This document shows positions 17,911 to 25,928 of a DNA stretch of 64,000 nt, in pieces. Positions within the stretch are counted from its first letter, which is position 1. The number at the start of each line of letters is the position of its first letter. The notes beneath the pieces are model-generated. The model was not told the DNA's origin. It made no database searches and worked only from the letters and a program-made list of their open reading frames with translations. The DNA is from Candidatus Doudnabacteria bacterium RIFCSPHIGHO2_02_FULL_42_25 (lineage in GTDB: Bacteria; Patescibacteriota; Doudnabacteria; UBA920; O2-02-FULL-48-8): contig MFEQ01000004.1 in NCBI GenBank assembly GCA_001777665.1, positions 10 through 64,009 on the forward strand. The letters are read 5' to 3'. Both the position numbers and the translations under genes were made by a program.

Positions 17911-18288
17911 TGCTTTCTAAGTAAGTGGGTAATCGCCCTGACGGAAACGTCCGGGAGGAAAGTCCGAACACGTGTGAATTGGATGAAGTCTCATGAGTTC
18001 ATGCAGTTCAGCAGGTAGTGGGTAATTCCCACCGGGAGTAATCCTCGAGATGCGAACAGAAACGCTTCGATCAGAAATGGGAGAAGTATCCAGTAATGGA
18101 TAATGCTCGTCGTAAGGCGAGAGTGAAACGGCTAAATTCATACTTGTCAGTGCAATACCGAATAGGTCCTTCACAGGACGGGTAGGTAGCTAGAGTTCTA
18201 CAGCAATGTAGATCCCAGAGAGATGATTGCCTCTCCCGACGTAAGTCGGGATCAGACAGAATTCGGCTTATAGCTTGCTTAGAAAGCA
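17911..18288 (+). ncRNA. rnpB: RNase P RNA
   Basis: GAGGAAAGTCCG near the 5' end, ACAGAATTCGGCTTA near the 3' end; P1 pairing TGCTTTCTAAGTAAG / CTTGCTTAGAAAGCA. Confidence 0.96.
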
Positions 18289-18343
18289 TTTTTAAAATCC
18301 GATCAAAAGATGGGATTTTAAATTGTATTAATTATTTTTATAA

Positions 18344-20176
18344 ATGAAAAGACAAGACATCCGTAACATCGCTATAATCGCTCACGTCGACCATGGCAAA
18401 ACTACACTTGTAGACGCCATGCTCAAACAAACCCATGTTCAGAGAAATGTAGAAGAACTTGGGGTTTTGATCATGGATTCGATGGACCTCGAACGTGAAC
18501 GCGGAATCACTATTAAAGCCAAAAACGCATCAGTTACTTACAACGGAACCAAAATCAACATAGTTGATACCCCAGGCCACGCTGATTTCGGCGGAGAAGT
18601 CGAACGTACACTCCGAATGGTAGAAGGTGTGTTGCTTCTGGTAGATGCCAAGGAAGGCCCGATGCCTCAGACCAAATTTGTGCTCAAAAAAGCTTTAGAG
18701 CTCGGCCACAAAGCGATCGTGGTTATAAATAAAATCGATCGATCTGATGCGCAAATAGATGAAGTCGTGAACAAAACTTTTGATTTATTTGTTTCCCTCA
18801 AAGCCACAGACGAACAACTGGATTTTCCCATTATCTACGCTTCCGGTATTGCTGGCCAAGCCTCCCTCGATTCACACAAACCGGGAACTGATCTCAATCC
18901 CCTTTTCGATACAATTCTTGAAAAAATTCCTGGACCGGAAGTTTTGGAAAATGAACCTCTGCAAATTCTAGTTTTGGCACTAGCTTATGATTCTTACAAA
19001 GGCAAACAAGGAATTGGCAAAATCACTTCTGGGGTGATTAAGAAAAACATGCCAATCATGCAGATTGCCCCAGATGGAGCTAGACTCTCTGGTCGAGCTG
19101 TGGATATTTCGGTTTTCTCAGGTCTTGATAAAAAATCAGTAGAAGAAGCAACAGCCGGTGAAATCGTCTCTGTCGCAGGACTTACAGAAGTCACTATCGG
19201 TTCCACTATTACTGGTCACGCCAATCCTAAACAGATTGATCCAGTTACTGTCGATGAACCGACAGTTCAAATGACTTTTGCAGTCAACAACTCGCCTTTC
19301 GCAGGCAAGGAAGGTAAGTTTGTAACCTCTCGTAATCTTCGCGATCGACTATATAAAGAACTGGAGACCAATGTCGCGCTTAAGGTTACTGACACTCCTA
19401 GCCCAGATACTTTGCTTGTGGCTGGCCGAGGTGAATTGCATTTAGCTATTCTCATCGAAACCATGCGACGCGAAGGATACGAGCTCCAAGTTTCTCAACC
19501 AGAAGTTATCTTTAAAACAATAGATGGGGTGCAGTCTGAACCATTTGAACGCCTATCTGTCATCGTCCCAAATGAATTCCAAGGAGCTGCTATAGAAGAG
19601 GTCGGACGACGCAAAGCTGAACTCGTCACCATGGTTCATACTGATAATGGTGAAGTGCATCTGGATTACGTTATGTCTACACGGAACTTGATTGGGCTCA
19701 AAAGCAAACTCATGACCCAGACCAAGGGCACGGCCATTATCAATCATATCTTTGATTCATATAAACCCGCAGAAGCACAAATCCAGTCAGCCAGCGCTCA
19801 TGGTGCTCTCATCGCCTCTGAATCCGGGGTCTCGAATGCCTATGGTCTAAATAACGCTCAAGAACGAGGTGACTTATTTATCAAACCAGCGGTGGAGGTT
19901 TACCAAGGCATGATCGTCGGTGAAAATTCCAAAACAGAAGATATCGAAATTAACGTCAACAGAACTAAGAAACTGACAAACATGCGTGCCTCTGGTTCAG
20001 ATGATTCAATTATTCTGACCCCACCTAAAGTTATGAGTTTGGAAGAATCTTTGGAATTCCTGGCTTCTGACGAACTGCTCGAAGTCACTCCTCAAAGCCT
20101 ACGACTACGCAAAAAAATTCTCGACCCGACTAAACGCAAACGCGAAAAAGTCGCTCAAGAAAAAAATCCCGCCTAG
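18344..20176 (+). CDS. typA: Translational GTPase TypA/BipA
   Basis: [48 protein letters not shown]. Confidence 0.98.
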   Translation: MKRQDIRNIAIIAHVDHGKTTLVDAMLKQTHVQRNVEELGVLIMDSMDLERERGITIKAKNASVTYNGTKINIVDTPGHADFGGEVERTLRMVEGVLLLVDAKEGPMPQTKFVLKKALELGHKAIVVINKIDRSDAQIDEVVNKTFDLFVSLKATDEQLDFPIIYASGIAGQASLDSHKPGTDLNPLFDTILEKIPGPEVLENEPLQILVLALAYDSYKGKQGIGKITSGVIKKNMPIMQIAPDGARLSGRAVDISVFSGLDKKSVEEATAGEIVSVAGLTEVTIGSTITGHANPKQIDPVTVDEPTVQMTFAVNNSPFAGKEGKFVTSRNLRDRLYKELETNVALKVTDTPSPDTLLVAGRGELHLAILIETMRREGYELQVSQPEVIFKTIDGVQSEPFERLSVIVPNEFQGAAIEEVGRRKAELVTMVHTDNGEVHLDYVMSTRNLIGLKSKLMTQTKGTAIINHIFDSYKPAEAQIQSASAHGALIASESGVSNAYGLNNAQERGDLFIKPAVEVYQGMIVGENSKTEDIEINVNRTKKLTNMRASGSDDSIILTPPKVMSLEESLEFLASDELLEVTPQSLRLRKKILDPTKRKREKVAQEKNPA

Positions 20177-20189
20177 GCGGGATTTTTTT
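20161..20189. terminator. Bidirectional terminator overlapping the typA stop codon
   Basis: AAAAAATCCCGCC-ta-GGCGGGATTTTTT. Confidence 0.8.
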
Positions 20190-20194
20190 CTAAC

Positions 20195-20269
20195 CTACTC
20201 GTCAGAGCTAGTCTCTTGTCGATTCATTTCCTCTTCTGATGAGTCAGGACTATATTCTCTATCAATCAT
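20195..20269 (-). CDS. Small acidic peptide, 24 aa (MIDREYSPDSSEEEMNRQETSSDE)
   Basis: SD AAAGGAG before ATG; ends at the bidirectional terminator. Confidence 0.5.
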   Translation of the reverse strand: MIDREYSPDSSEEEMNRQETSSDE

Positions 20270-20303
20270 ATTCGCTCCTTTCAATTAATATCAAAAAGGT
20301 ATC

Positions 20304-20372
20304 TTAACTATTTTGAGAGCCACTTTGAGTTCCACTCTGGCCTTGTTTCTTCAATTCATCATCATTGAACAT
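20304..20372 (-). CDS. Small polar peptide, 22 aa (MFNDDELKKQGQSGTQSGSQNS)
   Basis: SD AGAAAGGAG before ATG; in tandem with 20195-20269. Confidence 0.5.
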   Translation of the reverse strand: MFNDDELKKQGQSGTQSGSQNS

Positions 20373-20553
20373 AAAGTCTCCTTTCTATTTAATGATCTCC
20401 TGTTATTTAACCAGGAAAAAAAGATATATAAAATAACTAATTAACACTAAGACCATCAAGCTTTTCAGGCTTTGCTTTTGTGCACTTCCTACAGCGCTAG
20501 CTTAAAAGTTGTGATATACTCATACATAACGTTGCCAAACGGAGGCACATTTT

Positions 20554-20877
20554 ATGCGAAGGATTTACGAGATGATTAAATGGGTTCGAGAGCTTAGCAA
20601 AGTCAACCAGTGGATTTTCTGGTTGGCAAGCGCAATCTTCGTCTTCGCTTCCACCACCGCGCTCGTCATGATTGCTCACATACTTGGGATTCATTCCCAG
20701 ATCTCAATTCCACTGGCAATCCTGATAAGTTGCATTTATGTCTTCCTGGCTGCGACATTCGCGCCATACTCACCTCTGAGTCTGAGAAAATCCACGGAAA
20801 CCAAGATAAATGTTAATCCTGGTGGAACAAGCTTGAACGAGGAGCCATTCTCCAGCGATCCCAGCCGTGGAGATTGA
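20554..20877 (+). CDS. Hypothetical membrane protein with 2 TM helices (orphan)
   Basis: Extended -10 TGATATACT, SD GGAGG, two hydrophobic stretches, downstream hairpin plus T-run (~20893-20926). Confidence 0.65.
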   Translation: MRRIYEMIKWVRELSKVNQWIFWLASAIFVFASTTALVMIAHILGIHSQISIPLAILISCIYVFLAATFAPYSPLSLRKSTETKINVNPGGTSLNEEPFSSDPSRGD

Positions 20878-20938
20878 AGCCTGGTTACGCTAAAGGTGCA
20901 CCCTGTCGTGCCACCTTCTTTTTTTATGCTTAAAAATA

Positions 20939-20965
20939 GACCCCGGATCAAGTCCGGGGTGGTTA
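20939..20965. repeat. REP-like palindrome GACCCCGGATCAAGTCCGGGGTGGTTA
   Basis: 27/27 identical to 34720-34746; variants at 33691-33718 and ~25870-25925. Confidence 0.85.
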
Positions 20966-20978
20966 TTTTGCTATAAGA

Positions 20979-21530
20979 TTAGCGCTTGCTAAATTGTGGA
21001 GCACGCCTAGCTCGTTTCAAGCCTGGTTTCTTTCGTTCCTTCACGCGAGGGTCGCGTGTGAGGAAACCTAATTTCTTCAGGGTTCTTCGTGATTCAGGAT
21101 TGTAATTTATCAATGCTCTGGAAATAGCATGTCTGACGGCTTCGGCTTGAGAGTGAATACCTCCGCCACTGACTTTGGTTTTAACATTTAAACCCTTCTC
21201 AACGCCAATCGATGTCATCGGATGCATTACGATATATTGCAAATCTGAAGTTTGGAAATAACTCTCTAGAGGTAACTTGTTAATCGTGATCTCCCCTGTA
21301 CCGACACTGACCAGAACTTGAGCTACGGAAGTTTTGCGTCTCCCGACAGCATAAAAATTCTTGCCATGGGCAACTTTGTGAGCTGCGGCTACAGGAGCTG
21401 CTTCTGGTTCAACATGCTTTACTTCATGATGCTTAGTTTCAGGCTTCACATGAGGTTTAGCAACCCTTGGTTTCCGAGTTGCGTGAGGCTTTGCAGTAGG
21501 CTTTTTAGTTGTCGGCTTTTTCTGAATCAT
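20979..21530 (-). CDS. rpsI: 30S ribosomal protein S9 with Lys/Pro/His-rich N-terminal extension
   Basis: GRRKTSVA, GGGIHSQAEA, LTRDPRVKERKKPGLKRARRAPQFSKR. Confidence 0.98.
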   Translation of the reverse strand: MIQKKPTTKKPTAKPHATRKPRVAKPHVKPETKHHEVKHVEPEAAPVAAAHKVAHGKNFYAVGRRKTSVAQVLVSVGTGEITINKLPLESYFQTSDLQYIVMHPMTSIGVEKGLNVKTKVSGGGIHSQAEAVRHAISRALINYNPESRRTLKKLGFLTRDPRVKERKKPGLKRARRAPQFSKR

Positions 21531-21546
21531 AAATTCTTGTTACGGG

Positions 21547-21963
21547 TTATATGTTACGTGTTATGGGAAAACTATGCTTATCCCCTTTAACGACTTTTAA
21601 TCTGCGCATGATATCTTTTCTTAATCGATTCTTATCTACCATATTATATACGGCATCACGGATAACTTTCTCTGGCTCTTTTTCCATGCGCTCTTTCAAA
21701 CTCTTTTTATAAATTCCACCAGGATATCCTGAAAATCTGTAGTATTGCTTTTGGTCTAATTTGCGGCCGGTAAACTTAATCTTCTCTGCATTTTTGACCA
21801 CAACGAAATCCCCGACATCCATGTGTGGTGTAAACGTCACTTTGTGCTTGCCACGAAGAATCGTAGCAATTCTGGTAGCTAGGCGGCCTAAAGTAAACTT
21901 GGAAGCATCAGCTTCGTACCAAGCGCGTTTGATCTCTGAAGTTTTAGGTAAAAAAGTCTTCAT
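21547..21963 (-). CDS. rplM: 50S ribosomal protein L13
   Basis: LGRLAT, LRGKHK, FTPHMDVGD, SGYPGG. Confidence 0.98.
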   Translation of the reverse strand: MKTFLPKTSEIKRAWYEADASKFTLGRLATRIATILRGKHKVTFTPHMDVGDFVVVKNAEKIKFTGRKLDQKQYYRFSGYPGGIYKKSLKERMEKEPEKVIRDAVYNMVDKNRLRKDIMRRLKVVKGDKHSFPITRNI

Positions 21964-21968
21964 ATAAA

Positions 21969-22313
21969 TTAATCAACTAACTCCAATTGAACTTTCGGCA
22001 TGCCGTCTTTGGATTTACCGATACGGATAATACGAGTGTAACCGCCTTTTCGTTCTTTATATTTCGGTCCCAATACTTCAATAACTTTCTTTGCAGCGTT
22101 ATTAGGAAGGGCTGCAAAAATCTGACGCTTACTGTGAAGAGTTTCGCTCTTACCTTTGGTAATTAATTTCTCAACCACTGATCGTGTGACTTTAGCCCTG
22201 GCTTCTGTGGTCTGAATTTTTTCGTAAATAATTGCAGATGCGGCCAAAGCACGGACCAGTTTTCTGCCGTGATTTCTACCGCTACCGATTTTTTTCTTCT
22301 TCAAATGTCTCAT
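21969..22313 (-). CDS. rplQ: 50S ribosomal protein L17
   Basis: MRHLKK, IQTTEARAK, EKLITKGK, RKGGYTRI. Confidence 0.97.
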   Translation of the reverse strand: MRHLKKKKIGSGRNHGRKLVRALAASAIIYEKIQTTEARAKVTRSVVEKLITKGKSETLHSKRQIFAALPNNAAKKVIEVLGPKYKERKGGYTRIIRIGKSKDGMPKVQLELVD

Positions 22314-22321
22314 GTGTATTG

Positions 22322-23269
22322 TTACGTGTTACGTGATCCGTGATACGTGGCCAATAATCTTTCAATCTCTTCGACTGATTTCGCGCCCAATCCTTCCACA
22401 GTCATCAGTTGTTCGTGTGTCATGGCTGACAGTTGAGAAATCTTATTGATCTCATTCTTAAGCAAAGCATTGTACGATCGGTTGGAAAGTCCGAGGGATT
22501 TCAAATCATCTTCTTCTGGGGTGCGCAGTCCTTCTTCGACTGCAACATCCATAACTGGAGCTTCCATTTCACTGGCAGCTTGCAAATTATTTTTACCAAG
22601 CAATGCGAAGTGATCCATCAAAATTACTGCAGCTTGGTCAATAGCATCTTTACCTGTGATCGTGCCGTCAGTTTCAATAGTCAAAATCAATTCATCATAG
22701 TTGGTGATTTGGCCAACACGGACATTGTTAATGTCATAATTCACGGTTCGGACTGGGGTGTAGATGGCATCCACAGCAATCATTCCGATTTCCAATTTCT
22801 CATTCTCACGTTGTTCTACAGGAACGTAGCCACGTCCAGCTTGGACGACAACTTCCATGTCCAAATCCGCACTCTTGTTGTCGAGAGTGGCGATGTGAAG
22901 ATCTGGATTGACGATTTCGACTTCTGAATTCTTTTTAAAATCAGCACCGGTTACGGCTTTCTCCCCTTTAACTTTGAGTTCTAATCTTACCTGGCCTTCT
23001 GAATGAATTTTCAAACGCAACTGTTTGAGATTTAAAATAATTTCGATCACATCTTCTTTGACATTTGGGATAGTGGAAAATTCATGATCTACACCTTTGA
23101 TCTTCACAGCGACCACAGCAGCTCCTGGAAGTGAAGACAACATAACTCGGCGAAGACTATTGCCCAGGGTTACCCCATAACCTGGATATAGAGGCTCCAT
23201 AACAACCTTGTATTTATTATCGCTTAGATCTTCGAATAAAACTTTTTTTGGTAATGGAATATTTTCCAT
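22322..23269 (-). CDS. rpoA: RNA polymerase alpha subunit
   Basis: EPLYPGYGVTLGNSLRRVMLSSLPG, GRGYVP, alpha-CTD LSNRSYNAL...GLGAKS. Confidence 0.99.
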   Translation of the reverse strand: MENIPLPKKVLFEDLSDNKYKVVMEPLYPGYGVTLGNSLRRVMLSSLPGAAVVAVKIKGVDHEFSTIPNVKEDVIEIILNLKQLRLKIHSEGQVRLELKVKGEKAVTGADFKKNSEVEIVNPDLHIATLDNKSADLDMEVVVQAGRGYVPVEQRENEKLEIGMIAVDAIYTPVRTVNYDINNVRVGQITNYDELILTIETDGTITGKDAIDQAAVILMDHFALLGKNNLQAASEMEAPVMDVAVEEGLRTPEEDDLKSLGLSNRSYNALLKNEINKISQLSAMTHEQLMTVEGLGAKSVEEIERLLATYHGSRNT

Positions 23270-23305
23270 AAATTTAGATTAAAGATTAATGATTTAAGAT
23301 TAAAG

Positions 23306-23914
23306 TTACCTAGAGTAATACTCAACAATTAACTGCGTATTGAGTGAGCTGTCGAGCTGATCTTTGGAAGGTTTGGACAAAACCTTACCGGATAAATTCT
23401 TTGGCTCCAGAGACAACCATTCTACTGTTTTGTAATTAGCCAAGCCTTGAGCCATGGTTTTGATATATGAGGAATTCTTCTTTCCCTCTAAAATTTTAAT
23501 CTCGTCGCCGACTCGGACTTGATAAGAAGGAATATTGACTCGTTTGCCATTAACTTCAAAAAATCCGTGAGAAACGATTTGTCTGGCTTGTGGTCGAGTT
23601 TGAGCAAATCCCATTCGGAAAACGATGTTGTCTAATCGAAATTCGAGCATTTGGAGCAAAGCGTCTCCGGTTACTCCAACTTTTTTAGTAGCAGTTTCGT
23701 AATATCTGCGGAATTGCTTTTCCATCACGCCATAAATAATTTTGGCTTTTTGCTTTTCTCGAAGTTGCATACCGAATTCAGAGACACGCTGTGGATTTTG
23801 TCCATGTTGTCCTGGTCGATAATTTCGCTTCGCCAAATACTTTTCAGCTTTCTTAGTTAAAGCTATGCCGAATTTGCGAGATTGTTTAATTTTGGGTCCG
23901 GTATGACGTGCCAT
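23306..23914 (-). CDS. rpsD: 30S ribosomal protein S4
   Basis: PGQHG, QLREKQK, RLDNIVFR, ARQIVSHG, LIVEYYSR. Confidence 0.99.
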   Translation of the reverse strand: MARHTGPKIKQSRKFGIALTKKAEKYLAKRNYRPGQHGQNPQRVSEFGMQLREKQKAKIIYGVMEKQFRRYYETATKKVGVTGDALLQMLEFRLDNIVFRMGFAQTRPQARQIVSHGFFEVNGKRVNIPSYQVRVGDEIKILEGKKNSSYIKTMAQGLANYKTVEWLSLEPKNLSGKVLSKPSKDQLDSSLNTQLIVEYYSR

Positions 23915-23919
23915 ATTAT

Positions 23920-24369
23920 TTAAACTCTACGTGCTTTCTTAGGACGCACTCCAGCGTGTGGAATTGGCGTTTGATCTTTAATTGATAGTATAGAAAATCC
24001 TGAACCCTGTAGCGCGCGCACTGCTGATTCTCGGCCAGTACCTATCCCTTTGACGAACACATCTACTTCGGACAATCCGACATCTTTGAGTCTAGCTAGA
24101 GCTTCTTCCATAGTTTTCTGAGCGGCGTAAGGGGTAGATTTTTTGGAACCTTTAAATCCTGTGCGGCCAGATGAACCCCAACCAATGACGTTGCCATTCA
24201 CATCTGTGATGGTAATAATCGTGTTGTTGTAAGTCGATTGGACATAAATTCGGCCACGCGTAACTTTAATCTTCGATTTCTTACGCTTCGAAGGTGTCGC
24301 AGCAGTAGCAGTGCTTGCCGCTGCTTTCGTTTCTTCTCCTGGAATTGTAGTGGTTTTAGTTTGTCCCAT
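23920..24369 (-). CDS. rpsK: 30S ribosomal protein S11
   Basis: [37 protein letters not shown]. Confidence 0.99.
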   Translation of the reverse strand: MGQTKTTTIPGEETKAAASTATAATPSKRKKSKIKVTRGRIYVQSTYNNTIITITDVNGNVIGWGSSGRTGFKGSKKSTPYAAQKTMEEALARLKDVGLSEVDVFVKGIGTGRESAVRALQGSGFSILSIKDQTPIPHAGVRPKKARRV

Positions 24370-24431
24370 AGATCATGTATCCCGAAACCTGAAACCCGAA
24401 GCAATTCTGTTTCATGTTTCATGCTTCATGT

Positions 24432-24827
24432 TTAAGTTTTCTCGGATGATGCTTTACGTCCTGATCCGGCTGTTCGTCTAACGTTACCTCGACGAGTACG
24501 TGAATTAGTTTTGGTTCTCTGTCCTCTTACTGGAAGTCCTCGGATATGTCGGATGCCTTGATATGAACCAATTTCTTTCTTCAACTTGATATTAGAAGAA
24601 ATTGTTTGGCGAAGAGCTCCTTCGACGCTGTAGTTCTTTTCTATAAATTCACGAATTTTCGCAACTTCGGCTTCGGTCAATTCTGAAGTTCGTTTGTTCG
24701 GATCGATTTTGGCAGCAGCTAAAATCCGTTTGCTGGCAGGCCAACCCACACCAAAGATATATGGGAGAGCGGCTTCGATTCTTTTTTGTTGTGGCAAGGT
24801 CACCCCTGCAATTCTTACTAGCGCCAT
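24432..24827 (-). CDS. rpsM: 30S ribosomal protein S13
   Basis: [31 protein letters not shown]. Confidence 0.99.
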   Translation of the reverse strand: MALVRIAGVTLPQQKRIEAALPYIFGVGWPASKRILAAAKIDPNKRTSELTEAEVAKIREFIEKNYSVEGALRQTISSNIKLKKEIGSYQGIRHIRGLPVRGQRTKTNSRTRRGNVRRTAGSGRKASSEKT

Positions 24828-24844
24828 GTGTTTTTGCGTTAATG

Positions 24845-24901
24845 GTTATTCGGCGGAGCTGCGCGTATCGGTTAACGTCTGACGATACGCGTGGCGCTGC
24901 C
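24845..24901. repeat. GC-rich hairpin element between rpsM and rpmJ
   Basis: GTTATTCG...GCGCGTATCG-12 nt-CGATACGCGT...GCGCTGCC; related copy at 25032-25125. Confidence 0.7.
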
Positions 24902-24909
24902 CGATACCG

Positions 24910-25023
24910 TCAGCCTTGTCTTTGCTTATGTTTAGGAATTTCGCAAATAATATAAACTCGACCGCGGCGGCGGACAATTTTGCATTTCTTACAAATCGGT
25001 TTTACACTTGCTCTAACCTTCAT
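24910..25023 (-). CDS. rpmJ: 50S ribosomal protein L36 (not in the ORF track)
   Basis: [37 protein letters not shown]. Confidence 0.98.
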   Translation of the reverse strand: MKVRASVKPICKKCKIVRRRGRVYIICEIPKHKQRQG

Positions 25024-25031
25024 AGTTTATC

Positions 25032-25125
25032 GTTATTCGTCTGCGCTGCGAGTATCGTCTTACGGCGGCGTTGTGCGTTGAGATCCGGTTTACGTTTGAC
25101 GTTTACCGATACGCGCTGCGCTGCC
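25032..25125. repeat. GC-rich hairpin element between rpmJ and infA (longer copy)
   Basis: GTTATTCG...GCGCTGCGAGTATCG ... CGATACGCGCTGCGCTGCC. Confidence 0.7.
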
Positions 25126-25134
25126 GTTTAACTT

Positions 25135-25386
25135 TTAACGCAACCTTCTAATTACGCGACCTCGGGTCAAATCATAAGGGGTTACTTCAATGATAACTTT
25201 ATCCCCTGGTAAAATTCTAATTTTATTTACTCGCAATTTACCGGCTATATGAGCCAAAATAATCTGCCCCGACTCAATTTGCACACGAAAAACAGCGTTG
25301 GGCAGAGTTTCTACCACTTTACCCTCAAGTTCGATGGTATTTTTTTGTGGGCCTTGCGTCCCTAAATCTTGAGTGCCTGTAGAAAT
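25135..25386 (-). CDS. infA: Translation initiation factor IF-1; start uncertain (ATT 25386 or ACG 25359)
   Basis: [21 protein letters not shown]...AHIAGKLR...GDKV...PYDLTRGRV; no ATG/GTG/TTG upstream of the conserved first strand. Confidence 0.93.
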   Translation of the reverse strand: MSTGTQDLGTQGPQKNTIELEGKVVETLPNAVFRVQIESGQIILAHIAGKLRVNKIRILPGDKVIIEVTPYDLTRGRVIRRLR

Positions 25387-25407
25387 ATGAGTGGGTTCTT
25401 ACTTAAA

Positions 25408-25508
25408 CCCCGTTAGAGATAACGAATACTAGTAAAATGGGGTCTAAAATTTAAAAATATCTTAGATAATAACAAATTACTTAACCGTTAATTAATCTCT
25501 AAACGGGG
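25408..25508. mobile_element. Degenerate ~100 bp family A element upstream of infA
   Basis: CCCCGTTAGAGAT ... ATCTCTAAACGGGG, 101 bp, AT-rich interior; no clear duplication. Confidence 0.65.
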
Positions 25509-25565
25509 TAATTTGCTCAAAAATGATAACAAATTCTGACAGATGTGTCAACTCGAATTAGAATA

Positions 25566-25601
25566 CCCCTCTCCTTGAGAGGAGAGGGGCCGGGGGTGAG
25601 G
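25566..25601. repeat. Solo DUF559-type REP palindrome
   Basis: CCCCTCTCCT-tgag-AGGAGAGGGG-ccgggggtgagg, same family as 40371 and 40787. Confidence 0.75.
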
Positions 25602-25646
25602 TAGATTTATAGCTAACATTAGCCATTTTCTATATCTAAGGCCAGC

Positions 25647-25774
25647 CGACACTTGCAAAAATATAGTCAGAATTCGAAGCGAGCTGTAGTGTTGCGACGG
25701 TAGAGGTATAGGTCTTCTGAGCAACATGAAGAGAGTAAGCGAGCTAAGAATTCTGGTATATTTTTGCCGTGTCG
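25647..25774. other. Long imperfect hairpin with central bubble (candidate ncRNA or repeat)
   Basis: CGACAC..GCAAAAATATA..CAGAATTC pairs with GAATTCTG..TATATTTTTGC.GTGTCG; inner TGTTGC/GCAACA. Confidence 0.55.
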
Positions 25775-25783
25775 CCAATTTTT

Positions 25784-25815
25784 GGGCGGATCGCTAAAAC
25801 GCGATCCGCCCTTTT
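25784..25815 (+). terminator. Intrinsic terminator-like hairpin
   Basis: GGGCGGATCGC-taaaac-GCGATCCGCCC-TTTTGTTT. Confidence 0.65.
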
Positions 25816-25928
25816 GTTTGGTACAAAAGGTGGAGAATAAATAATAACTTGAGTATTAATTATAGAAATGGATCCCGGATCGCCCTTCACCCTGGTATAT
25901 TCCAGGGAACGTAGCGTCCGGGATGGAC

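Noticed and set aside
17917-18289. Minus-strand ORFs of 85 and 72 aa
   Set aside because: They are antisense to the RNase P RNA gene.
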